DNA of 64,000 nucleotides from Eledone cirrhosa. Taxonomy: Eukaryota. Below are positions 1 to 12,042 of the stretch, piece after piece; positions within the stretch are counted from its first letter, which is position 1, and each line of letters begins with the position of its first letter. The notes beneath the pieces are model-generated. The model was not told where the DNA came from. It did not search any database and saw nothing but the letters and a program-made list of their open reading frames with translations. The position numbers were made by a program, and so were the translations under genes. The stretch covers positions 68,944,001 to 69,008,000 of the forward strand of contig OZ024743.1 of assembly GCA_964016885.1 (NCBI GenBank). The letters run 5' to 3'.

Positions 1-128
1 GTTTATATATTGTATTTTGTCTAAAGAGGGCATACCATATTTTTAATATTTTTAATATGATATCCCTGAAATATATATAATGAAATAAATATGGTTTTAT
101 AAATTTAGTTTCCATTTGTTTAATATCG
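1..128 (+). mobile_element. Decayed HHR-bearing PLE-like terminal repeat fragment (same family as 58083-58425)
   Basis: TATTTTGT-CTAAAGA-stem II-GAAA-TATATA-TA-ATGAAATA at 13-87 (core G5>A); downstream sequence aligns with 58268-58330. Confidence 0.6.
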
Positions 129-140
129 TATATATATATA

Positions 141-579
141 TATATATATTGGTAAACGGAATAGAAAATGCTGAAAAATTATTCACAGTTGAAAAATGGT
201 TTAATTAGGAATAAAAGAGTATTAGTGATTGTATGGGTTAGTATTCAGTTGTGGTTTTAAGTTTTTAAGTTTTTACCGGTTGCGCATTTCTAAATGCTTT
301 TCAAAAATAATTTTGAGATAGAGTGTCCGTGCTGTTTGCTCTGATCTGAGCAAACAGCACGGACACTCTATCTCAAAATTCTTTTTGAAAAGCATTTAGA
401 AATGCGCAACTTGTAGAAAACTTAAAAACTTAAAACGACAACTGAATACTAACCCATACAATCACTAATACTCTTTTATTCCTAATTAAACCATTTTTCA
501 ACTGTGAACAATTTGTCAGCATTTTCTATTCCGTTTACCAATATATAATAACTTGTGTGTTACACCTCTATTCTTTAAC
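141..579 (+). mobile_element. Fold-back (palindromic) PLE-like non-autonomous insert in (TA)n
   Basis: ~200-bp arms 141-341 / 348-547 with 6-nt loop, ~31-nt unpaired tail 549-579; decayed HHR TTGAAAA-GCATTT.AG.AAATGC-GCAA-CCGG-TA in the arms. Confidence 0.7.
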
Positions 580-689
<110 letters not shown>

Positions 690-702
690 CAAATATTCCT
701 TG

Positions 703-756
<54 letters not shown>

Positions 757-1036
757 AAATATTCCTCTAAAAACCGGTTTGTCTGTGTGTTTACATACAG
801 AATAGCTGGGCCGCTCACTGTAAAGCAACCAGTGAAAGACTTGGTTACACCTACATATGTATACGTGTGTGTATTCATATACACACTAGTATTTCAGTAT
901 GCATATGTAGATGTACATTTTTAACTTAATTGTTTAAGCGTCAGTCATACAAAAGTGAGTTACAAACGAAACGAAATTTAATTTCGTTTCGTTATTTGTT
1001 TTTATCGTCTCCGCTGAACCGGTGCGTACTCACACT

Positions 1037-1073
1037 CTATGCAAATTAGTCTGCCCACTACTAATTTTCATAG
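1037..1073. promoter_or_regulatory. Octamer ATGCAAAT within a 13-bp inverted pair (repeated in every 468-bp unit)
   Basis: CTATGCAAATTAG (1037-1049) ... CTAATTTTCATAG (1061-1073); ATGCAAAT also at the equivalent position of the related family (52676-52683). Function is inferred. Confidence 0.4.
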
Positions 1074-1131
1074 AAAAAGCATATAACGATATGTGCTTTT
1101 ACAATTCTCCAGAAAGGCCGGTAGATAGGTA

Positions 1132-1176
1132 AATATTGCTGATGAGTTGTAACAACAACGAAACTAGTTCAATATT
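1132..1176 (+). ncRNA. Type I hammerhead ribozyme, unit 1
   Basis: AATATTG-CTGATGA-GTTGT(AACA)ACAAC-GAAA-CTAG-TT-CAATATT; helix I extended by TTCTCCAGAAAG/CTTTCTGGAGAA (1105-1199); predicted cleavage after 1169 (GUU). Confidence 0.85.
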
Positions 1177-1599
1177 CCTTGACTGGCTTTCTGGAGAATA
1201 GGGGGAAGGTGTTCCCCCGAAAAACCAGTATGACTCTAAAAACCGGTTTGTCTGTGTGTTTACATACAGAATAGCTGGGCCGCTCACTGTAAAGCGACCA
1301 GTGAAAGACTTGGTACACCTACATATGTATACGTGTGTGTATTCATATACACACTAGTATTTCAGTATGCATATGTAGATGTACATTTTTAACTTAATTG
1401 TTTAAGCGTCAGTCATACAAAAGTGAGTTACAAACGAAACGAAATTTAATTTCGTTTCGTTATTTGTTTTTATCGTCTCCGCTGAACCGGTGCGTACTCA
1501 CACTCTATGCAAATTAGTCTGCCCACTACTAATTTTCATAGAAAAAGCATATAACGATATGTGCTTTTACAATTCTCCAGAAAGGCCGGTAGATAGGTA

Positions 1600-1644
1600 A
1601 ATATTGCTGATGAGTTGTAACAACAACGAAACTAGTTCAATAGT
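1600..1644 (+). ncRNA. Type I hammerhead ribozyme, unit 2
   Basis: Same motif; one mismatch in stem I (CAATAGT). Confidence 0.8.
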
Positions 1645-2067
1645 CCTTGTCTGGCTTTCTGGAGAATAGGGGGAAGGCGTTCCCCCGAAAAACCAGTATG
1701 ACTCTAAAAACCGGTTTGTCTGAGTGTTTACATACAGAATAGCTGGGCCGCTCACAGTAAAGCGACCAGTGAAAGACTTGGTACACCTACATATGTATAC
1801 GTGTGTGTATTCATATACACACTAGTATTTCAGTATGCATATGTAGATGTACATTTTTAACTTAATTGTTTAAGCGTCAGTCATACAAAAGTGAGTTACA
1901 AACGAAACGAAATTTAATTTCGTTTCGTTATTTGTTTTTATCGTATCCGCTGAACCGGTGCGTACTCACACTCTATGCAAATTAGTCTGCCCACTACTAA
2001 TTTTCATAGAAAAAGCATATAACGATATGTGCTTTTACAATTCTCCAGAAAGGCCGGTAGATAGGTA

Positions 2068-2112
2068 AATATTGCTGATGAGTAGTAACAACAACGAAAC
2101 TAGTTCAATATT
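2068..2112 (+). ncRNA. Type I hammerhead ribozyme, unit 3
   Basis: Same motif; one mismatch in stem II (GTAGT). Confidence 0.78.
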
Positions 2113-2535
2113 CCTTGTCTGGCTTTCTGGGAAATAGGGGGAAGGTGTTCCCCCGAAAAACCAGTATGACTCTAAAAACCGGTTTGTCTGTGTGTTTACA
2201 TACAGAATAGCTGGGCCGCTCACTGTAAAGCGACCAGTGAAAGACTTGGTACACCTACATATGTATACGTGTGTGTATTCATATACACAATAGTATTTCA
2301 GTATGCATATGTAGATGTACATTTTTAACTTAATTGTTTAAGCGTCAGTCATACAAAAGTGAGTTACAAACGAAACGAAATTTAATTTCGTTTCATTATT
2401 TGTTTTTATCGTCTCCGCTGAACCGGTGCGTACTCACACTCTATGCAAATTAGTCTGCCCACTACTAATTTTCATAGAAAAAGCATATAACGATATGTGC
2501 TTTTACAATTCTCTAGAAAGGCCGGTAGATAGGTA

Positions 2536-2580
2536 AATATTGCTGATGAGTTGTAACAACAACGAAACTAGTTCAATATT
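2536..2580 (+). ncRNA. Type I hammerhead ribozyme, unit 4
   Basis: Same core and proximal stems as unit 1. Confidence 0.85.
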
Positions 2581-3003
2581 CCTTGTCTGGCTTTCTGGAG
2601 AATAGGGGGAAGGCGTTCCCCCGAAAAACCAGTATGACTCTAAAAACCGGTTTGTCTGTGTGTTTACATACAGAATAGCTGGGCCGCTCACTGTAAAGCC
2701 ACCAGTGAAAGACTTGGTACACCTACATATGTATACGTGTGTGTATTCATATACACACTAGTATTTCAGTATGCATATGTAGATGTACATTTTTAACTTA
2801 ATTGTTTAAGCGTCAGTCATACAAAAGTGAGTTACAAACGAAACGAAATTTAATTTCCTTTAGTTATTTGTTTTTATCGTCTCCGCTGAACCGGTGCGTA
2901 CTCACACTCTATGCAAATTAGTCTGCCCACTACTAATTTTCATAGAAAAAGCATATAACGATATGTGCTTTTACAATTCTCCAGAAAGGCCGGTAGATAG
3001 GTA

Positions 3004-3048
3004 AATATTGCTGATGAGTTGTAACAACAACGAAACTAGTTCAATATT
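3004..3048 (+). ncRNA. Type I hammerhead ribozyme, unit 5
   Basis: Same core and proximal stems as unit 1. Confidence 0.85.
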
Positions 3049-3220
3049 CCTTGTCTGGCTTTCTGAAGAATAGGGGGAAGGTGTTCCCCCGAAAAACCAG
3101 TATGACTCTAAAAACCGGTTTGTCTGTGTGTTTACATACAGAATAGCTGGGCCGCTCACTGTAAAGCGACCAGTGAAAGACTTGGTACACCTACATATGT
3201 ATACGTGTGTGTATTCATAT

Positions 3221-3350
3221 GATTTAATGTTATAATATAATATTATAATATCATGTGTGTATTTTTATGATTTAATGTTATAATATAATATTATAATATC
3301 ATGTGTGTATTTTTATGATTTAATGTTATAATATAATATTATAATATCAT
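3221..3350. repeat. 48-bp AT-rich tandem repeat (~2.7 copies), end of the adjacent fold-back arm
   Basis: GATTTAATGTTATAATATAATATTATAATATCATG at 3221, 3269, 3317. Confidence 0.9.
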
Positions 3351-4081
3351 GGATTGGTCGATCCAGTAAGTTCTTTGTTGACTTCGGTGGGAAGAATTTT
3401 AGAGATTCCTGGTTAACTTGGGTCGGAGAACTTTCTTGCATTCGTCTGCTGTGGCGATTGTCAAACTGAGATCAGGTTGTGTTGAAATGTGTGACTATAT
3501 ATAAGAGAGAGGTTTGGATGTGTCTGAGGTGTGGCGTGTGGTGTTAATGAGTGTTGATGATGATGAAGGTGCTGAGGAATTAAAGTATACATACACACAT
3601 ACACACACACACACACACGTACACACACACATATACACACACACACACATATATATATACACTCAGAAAATGGTGAGATTGTAAAATAAGGGTGTTTGAG
3701 AAGGTAGTCACAAACCTACTCTCCTGCTGGTATGTGTGTGTGCACGTGTGTGTGTGTGTATATGTATACTTTAAAATCCTCAGGATCTTCATCATCATCA
3801 ACACTCATTAACACCACACGCCATACCACAGACATATCCAAATCTCTCTTATACACATTTCAACACATCCTGATCTCAGTGTGACAATCGCCACAGACAG
3901 ACGAATGCGAGAAAGTTCTCCAACCCAAGTTAACCAGCAATCTCTAAAGTTCTTCCCACCGAAGTTAACAAAGAACTTACTGGCTCTTCCATCTCATGAT
4001 ATTATAATATTATATTATTACATTAAATCATAAAAAAATGTTTAACACTACAAGTGAAGTTATTCTTTTCCTTTTTTTCCA
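3311..4081 (+). mobile_element. Diverged fold-back element with ~44-nt tail
   Basis: Arms ~3311-3620 and ~3745-4037 are reverse complements with scattered mismatches; extra 4038-4081 on the right only. Confidence 0.65.
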
Positions 4082-4160
4082 ATATACCTAACTGTACCAA
4101 GGATCTCACACATTTTCCAATATATATATATTAGTCTTCAAATTTATTATTATTACTATA

Positions 4161-4228
<68 letters not shown>

Positions 4229-4644
4229 CATACATATATATATATATGGAAAATGATAAAAAATAAGAGGTTTGAAAAGCGCCCCTGGTATATGTGTAAA
4301 GAATCTGTGTAATATGTACAAAAAATGATGTTAAAAACTGATGTTAGCAAAGCCTGCTTTCTCCGGTGTGAAGTATCAAAAACATTTGTTATGTTATTGT
4401 TATTAATTTAAGTTGTATTTAAATTGTATTTTCGTTTACACCCCTGCATGATGATTCCCCACCACAGGTGGTCGAACAGCAGGAGAAAGAAGCTATTACT
4501 GGAGCAGCTTCGTTCCTTTTGTATATATTTTCCCCTGAGTAATGCGCAGAAAAACCAAACTTGTTATTTAAGAATTATTAATATAGTAATTGGAAAAACG
4601 CAGATGCATACATACATATTCAGGGTGAGAGACAAACATGTTTA

Positions 4645-4764
<120 letters not shown>

Positions 4765-4788
4765 ATGTATATATGTATATATACACAC

Positions 4789-4857
<69 letters not shown>

Positions 4858-5002
4858 CATATTTACACATACATCCATACATACACATATATACACATAT
4901 ACATTCATATATATATGTACATACACACACACACACATATATATATATATTGAGTACTTTGGTGCGTTATGGTCCACCTGGTTCCTTACCACATTTCCTT
5001 CG

Positions 5003-5071
<69 letters not shown>

Positions 5072-5125
5072 TATATACATATATACATATGTATAAATAT
5101 AAATATATAAATATATAAATGTATA

Positions 5126-5157
<32 letters not shown>

Positions 5158-5159
5158 CA

Positions 5160-5278
<119 letters not shown>

Positions 5279-5309
5279 AGGTGTGTGTGTGTGTGTAAAT
5301 AGGTGTGTG

Positions 5310-5862
5310 TGTTATCTCTTACTTTTAATTTCGAGTATATTTCTTTGACCGGCCATCTTCCTGGTGGCAAGGTTGTAAAAGAAAAGAAATTGTCATCCCT
5401 TGAATCGCAAGAATGTTTTGCAAATTTTGAAGGTGCCAGCTATCGCAGCCATTTGTAGACTATGAATTAGGGAGCTGCGCTTTTTGTCCGCAAATCCAAG
5501 TTCAGTCATTCTTTGGTACAAGTGGGTTGGTATATAACCCGTAGCACCAATAATGATGGGTATGAAGCTAAAGGTGTATCTTGGATACTGGATTTGGAAA
5601 CTCCTCATCAATAGTCCGTAGATGTCCTCCTTCTCCTTTATTTTTCTGACAACTTTTACATCAAGTCGGCAGCTGATCTCCACAACAGAACACGTTTTCA
5701 ATGTGTGGTCCCAAACAACAATATCAGGCGGGTTGTGCTTTAATTTGGTGGCAGTTTTTATTTTCAGGTTCCACCAGTATTCCTTAGTGCCATCTGTCTC
5801 AATATATTCTTCCTCGTTTGTTGTTAATTTTGTTTTCCGAAGTGCGTTCCAGATGGTTCTAG
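5310..5862 (-). mobile_element. 5'-truncated R4/Dong-type LINE (RLE endonuclease end + 3' UTR)
   Basis: YWWN..KHNPPDIVVWD..CSVVEISC..KIKEKEDIYG..FIPIIIGATG motif; homologous to 12258-12788; ends in (CA)n. Confidence 0.85.
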
Positions 5863-6889
5863 CTATCCGTGTGTGTATGTATGTACGTGTGTATGTATGT
5901 ACGTATGTATGTAGGTATGTATGTGCACAAAACAGACAGATAAAGAGACAGAAAGATTGACAGATAGATAGATAAATATATAAACATTTATATATGGATT
6001 TAGGTATAGCTGTGGAGAAGTAGAAGGAAGTCTGATAACGTCAAGTGTTTAATGACTCTCGTTCTACCTAGACACAAATTGAATGTTATGGTATCGGTTA
6101 TTTAGACTGCAGGTGAAAGGAGGTCAATGTACACTAGAATATTTCACAACTGATTCGTCTATAAACAGCAGGTCAGAACACTGTGGTGTGAGTGGGGGAA
6201 GGTGTGGGATTTGTGTGCAGTGTGTGTGGGGTGTCTGTGGTGGGTGTGGATTGTCTGCAGTGTGTGGGGGCTGTTTCTGGTGTGTGTGTGTGTGTTTGGA
6301 GCGGGGGTACATTTGGGGGGAGGGCCGTTTCGATATGTGAGGCCGTCTTTGGTGTTTGTGTGTGTGTGGGGGGTGGTGTTTGCTGGGGGAAGGGAGGAGG
6401 GGGCATTTGCAGTGTGTGTGTGTGTGGGGGGGGCGTATTTGGTGTTTGTATGTGTGTGGGATGGGGGGTCGTTTCGGTGTGTGGGTGAGTCTGTGGAGAG
6501 TATGTGTGTGTTGACTGTGCGTGTGCTGTTATGTCTGTGTGCGTGTATGAGGGCGCGTATATGATAATGCAGGTGCCGTTGTTTGTGTGCGTGTATGAGT
6601 GTGCGTATGCCGTTACGTCTCTGTGTGTGTATATGTCTTAGTGTATGTGCATGTGTATGCTTTCATGCGTATGCGTCTGTGTGTCAGCTTTTGTCTGAAT
6701 ACGTCTCTGTGTATGCCTCTGTGTGTATGCATCTGTATGTATGCACATGCGTTTGTGTCTGAATATGTGTGTTTATATGTATCTGTTAGCGTGTATTTAT
6801 GTGTTACGTGTCTATATGTGTTGCGTTTGTCTCTGTCTGTATATATGTGTTTTTGTGTATGTGTGTGCTTCTGTGACTCTGGGTGTGTG

Positions 6890-6926
<37 letters not shown>

Positions 6927-7299
6927 TTCTCTGCTTATGTGTGACTGTGTTTATGTGTGTGGGTAGAATACTGTGTCAGCGTGTGTCTATGGGTGTATAT
7001 GATGCGTATGCGTATGTTTATGAGTGTCTGTCTATGATGTGTATATACTGCAGCTGTTTCTGTCTATATGGATATGATGTTTGTATATAGTGCATACGTG
7101 TATGTGTATATACGTATATGATGTGTATATGGTGTATGTATATAGTGAATACGTGTGTGTATATATGCATATGTGTGTGTCTGTCTGAGACTGTTTGTAT
7201 ATGTATTGAATATATATGTGTGTGCGTATATGAGTATGATGTGTATATATTGCCTATGTGTATGTGAATGTGTGTGTGTCTATGAGTATATGAATTGTA

Positions 7300-7605
7300 T
7301 ATATTACATATGTATGTGTATATGAAGTGTATATATTACATATGTATGTGTATATGAAGTGTATATATTACATATGTATGTGTATATGATGTGTATATAT
7401 TGCATATGTATGTGTATCAGTGTGTATATATTACATATATATGTGTATAGGTCTGTATATATTGCATATGTATGTGTATATGATGTGTATATATTACATA
7501 TATAAGTGTATAGGCGTCTATATATTACATATATATGTGTATATGATGTGTATATATTACATATATATGTGTATAGGTGTGTATATATTATATATGTATG
7601 TGTAT
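7300..7605. repeat. ~32-bp AT-rich minisatellite
   Basis: GTGTATATATTACATATGTATGTGTATATGAA-like units. Confidence 0.8.
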
Positions 7606-7774
7606 AAGTGTGCACACAAATGTTTCTTACTTGGCAATCGGGTAAAGCCACGACACACAGTAATGTATCATATTTTACATAGATAATATTGATACATTAT
7701 TTATCTTCCACAGTGATTTATAGACATGAGATATTGACTGATGTCTATGTAGATTATATACACACACATCTATA

Positions 7775-8132
<358 letters not shown>

Positions 8133-8555
8133 TTCATTGACAGATAGAAAAGCATGTGTATATAGATGCACATATGATGGCTGTAACTCGATTTCAAGTA
8201 ATGCCATCGTTTGACACTTAAGCATGAGCAGCACGGACGTGACCTTTAACTCCGTCTAGGGGCTGGTACACCCAGGCACAGATGCTGCAACAATGGAGGC
8301 CTATCGCAGTCGGTGTTACCGTCCTGTTTTGGTACACGTTCAAATGACGATTAAGTCCACCAACTGTGGCACACTCCTTTACACACGTCACACTTTTTTT
8401 AGGTGGATACTCATATATACATATATGTATTCATACACAGATATATATGCATATATATAGATGCCTATATATATATATATATATATATCATATATACATA
8501 CATATATATGTACACACACACACACACACATTTACATATATATATGTGTGTGTGT

Positions 8556-8648
<93 letters not shown>

Positions 8649-8653
<5 letters not shown>

Positions 8654-9097
8654 GTAAGTATGTATGTATGTATACGTACACACATATATGTATACAGACG
8701 TACAGTAGTAAGTATATATATATACATACATGCACACATATATATATGCACGTATCGGTTTACCGAACATTTATTATAATTATCGGTTTGTTTGTTTGTA
8801 AACAAACAAACATCCCGAATTACGCCGTACAGTGTTTAGGCAGCCACGTCACCTTTTTGTTCAACACTGACACAGGAACGAAGTACTAGTTTCAAGCTTA
8901 TTAGCTATCGTCAGCATCGTATACCTTCCTGTCAGATACGTGCATATATATATGTGTGCATGTGTGTATATATATATATACATACTACAGTACGTCTGTA
9001 TACATATATGTATGTACGTATACATACATACATACTTACATTTAAGTAAGTGTCGTACTAAGAGTGAGAAATGAAATTACGTTTCATTCTATTCCAT
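8649..9097 (+). mobile_element. ~447-bp HHR family copy with inverted 5' part
   Basis: 8649-8934 is the reverse complement of the family body; 8935-9097 is the sense 3' end; ~105-bp arms plus ~52-nt tail; homologous to 52493-53088 and 62150-62562. Confidence 0.8.
8878..8920 (-). ncRNA. Type I hammerhead ribozyme
   Basis: Minus strand ACGATG-CTGACGA-TAGCT(AATA)AGCTT-GAAA-CTAG-TA-CTTCGT, distal helix CTGACA/TGTCAG. Confidence 0.7.
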
Positions 9098-9494
9098 ATA
9101 TATACAAAATGAGGTACGGCAAATGTGACAACATAACAGACCACATTGATATAGAGGAACTGGTAAATAAGGGGTAGGGTCAATACATAGATGACACAAA
9201 TATTTTATCAAGCAGGAGAGAGGTCACACCACGGTCGTCAGTTTCAAACCGTTTCGACACAACTACCGATCCCTTCGAAGTCACTGTGTTTAACCAGATA
9301 ATTTATTTTCTACGGGAACATTTCTTTAATAAAATAATAAATGCGTAAAAGGAAAACATTACAAATACTTAAAAATGGAAAAGGGAAGGCAAAGGCAAGG
9401 GTTCTAGGGCCATAGAAGAATGGGAGGGGGAGGGCTGATGGGCTCTTGGCCTAAGGGGAGTTAGTGTCTGGACTGTACTCTGCGAACAAGATGG

Positions 9495-9850
9495 CAAAAG
9501 CATGGCCAGCGTCACCCGCTGCAACAGCCACCTCACCTCGTGGTGCTCCTTCCTCAGACGGGTTGCTGATGTTCAGAAGTTGCTGAGAATCGAGGCAGTA
9601 CGAGGTCCGAGCACACCTGAGTTGCGAAGAGGAAGCGGCCGGGTAATCTCTGGTATTTGTTTGTCTTCTTTACCTCTGCATTGCGGGCCACAGTACTGGG
9701 GTCTCTGAAAGAAACGACTAAGCTGGAGGCAGATACCGTGTCACAACATGTGGAGTCTCCGATGAAGTATCTACCACCGTCTCCACGATCGAGGCCTGAT
9801 GGCTCCAGTTGTGCTGGAGAGCCAGCTGCATCCATGTTCCAAATACACTA
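9495..9850 (-). mobile_element. Decayed CRE-type non-LTR 3' fragment (RLE)
   Basis: LDRGDG..DSTCCDTVS..AEVKKTNKY..WLLQRVTLA-like motifs across frames; homologous to 23215-23600. Confidence 0.6.
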
Positions 9851-10159
9851 ACAGACGAGGGAGGTGGAGGAAAATAGAATAGAGAACGTAGTCTAATATA
9901 ATAAACTCAACGAAAACAGAAACATAAGTGCCGAATTACCTGTGACGAATTACTGCCGAATTACCTGTGACGAAGAAAAGAAGGGATAATTAGATTCATA
10001 GAGACATAAAACTAAAATATGTGTGGTTGATGCGGAGGAATAGTTTAATGCCATCTGGCAAAACATTTTGGCAAGAAAGTATGTGCCTACATTTGAATAT
10101 GAAGAGGTTTGCAGTTACGTTTAGTCGAAAAAAAAAGTTGATAGGGTCACGTTACAGCG

Positions 10160-10364
10160 GAAGAGGCTAAACAAAAGGGCCGCCTCTCATAGAAGGAGAT
10201 GAACAAAAGGGTCGCCTGTCAGAGAAGGGGCTAAACAAAAGGATCGCCTGTCAAAGAAGAGGCTGAACAAAAGGGTCACCTGTCAAAGAAGGGGCTAAAC
10301 AAAAAGGCCGCCTGCCAGAGAACGGGGATAAACAAAAGGATCCCCTGTCAGAGAAGGGCTGAAC
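10160..10364. repeat. ~32-bp minisatellite (~6 copies) next to (GA)n
   Basis: GGCTAAACAAAAGGGTCGCCTGTCAGAGAAG-like units. Confidence 0.85.
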
Positions 10365-10365
10365 A

Positions 10366-10426
<61 letters not shown>

Positions 10427-11463
10427 GGGGGTGAGAGTTAGAGGAAAGTGGGAATGCGATAGAGGAATTGAGAAAGATCTGTACATGAAGAATCAACGCT
10501 AGTACTGAAATTGTAGTGATAAAAACAAGATTAAGTAATGACGAAAAGGAGAAGGGTTAAAGAAGGGCAGATCTGGCTGGATAGAAAAGTAAAGGAAAAA
10601 CTAGAAATGCCATAAATGGGAGGAAAAGGGAGGGAACGAGCAAGGACTATAAGGCAACGGAAGCAAGAGAGGGAGAAGGGAAGAGGGTGACAGACACTAT
10701 ACCTAGGCCAGAGCGGAAAAAATTAAAAAGGCATTTCCGCCTGCTGCAAAACCCACCCCATATTGGGGGTCCTTCTTCAGACGAGCTGCTGTCATATCTC
10801 TAATGTAATATACTGAAGGGATTTAGTAATATATCTTTATTATTATTAATCTGACGTTTCGAACACATGGAATGTTTTAAGATGCTTAAATAAATATATA
10901 GCGATTTAAACAGTGTTGCATTTAGATAAATCTAAGAATCTGTCAACCAAGTCAGTTACATTCGGTTTTGTATCAGAAGTGTTAGTATATTTTCTATAGA
11001 CTTTTCAATCTCTGAAGTGTGATTATAGCTATTACAATGGCGGGTATTGATATCACACAAGGTTTTAGAATCGATATGGTCTCATTTATTTGTAAGTCAA
11101 TCAGTAATGTTTCTTTCTCTTTGTAGGAAATTTCATCTGCTACATATCTTCTGTAGTAGACCAAGAAACTAGGAGGAATTGATGATGCCCATTTCAGGCT
11201 TTATGGGGATACTCTTTCGGGTCCTCTGATACCCCCTCGGGTACTCTGATTTTCCTTTACTCAAGATCGTTACAGATTTTGTGAATTTGTCTTTTGCTGG
11301 TGGCTAAATGTTGTCATATTTCCGAGGTCACTATTGGTGAACCATCAGGCTAGCATCTGTGTGGCGTCCGTTTGAGCAGGTCACAAAATGCACAGTATGT
11401 ATGTATGTATGTATGTATGTATGTATGTATGTATTTATGTATGTATGTATGTATGTATGTATG

Positions 11464-12041
11464 TACAACCTGTCTCATGGTCGGGTCGTTGGCGACTAAA
11501 CTGGCAACCCCAGCAAGGTTTGTTGGTGAGGAGGGTGACTTTGGACACCCTGCAGGATTAAAAACAAAACCTATCAAAGGGCAAAGGAACTCTTAAGAGC
11601 CAATGGCCATCCAAAATCACCGGGAGAGATGACCTCTTAGCCTTTGTCAAGGCATAATTCTAGAAGGAAAACTCTGATATAACACCTGCAACCCTGATGG
11701 TATCCAATGATGTTGACTTGTTCTTCTTTTTGGTAAATATGATCTTGGTTAAGAGAGTGGGACTGGCTTTGTGAGTTCCTTTGCTCACTATAAAAGCTTC
11801 ACGGCACAGGCATTGCTTTATATCTGGAGATCTCTCTGCCCTTGTCGTCACATGGTACCATGGGCCCAGCACTATGTGTCAATAATTGTCACAAGTGTAG
11901 TGTTTGTACCAGAGTTTTCACGTCGCTTGCTGGACTAAAAAGTCACACTCGTTCAGCGCATCGGTAGGAGTTCTCCTACATGGATATAAAGTAGTGGCCG
12001 TACTCGAAAACGAGTTGGCAGCCACCATGTATGTATGTATG
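11464..12041 (+). mobile_element. Non-autonomous RTE-derived element (5' UTR-like part fused to 3' end), copy 1
   Basis: Ends with coding remnant [23 protein letters not shown] (C2H2 finger as at RTE ORF C-termini) and (ATGT)n tail; near-identical to 16207-16779. Confidence 0.7.
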
Positions 12042-12042
12042 T

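Larger units (their letters stand above)
758..3220 (+). mobile_element. Tandem array of 468-bp units (~5.2 copies), each full unit with a type I hammerhead ribozyme (retrozyme-like)
   Basis: Exact 468-bp period (HHR at 1132, 1600, 2068, 2536, 3004); few substitutions between units; no credible ORF. Confidence 0.92.

Noticed and set aside
1099-3159. Repeated 62-aa minus-strand ORF in the 468-bp array
   Set aside because: Non-ATG start, no recognisable domain, antisense to the ribozyme; identity between copies reflects recent duplication
4443-4483. HHR-like CCTGC-ATGATGA..ACCAC/GTGGT-CGAA..GCAGG
   Set aside because: C3 mutated and stem III/cleavage triplet missing; at most a relic
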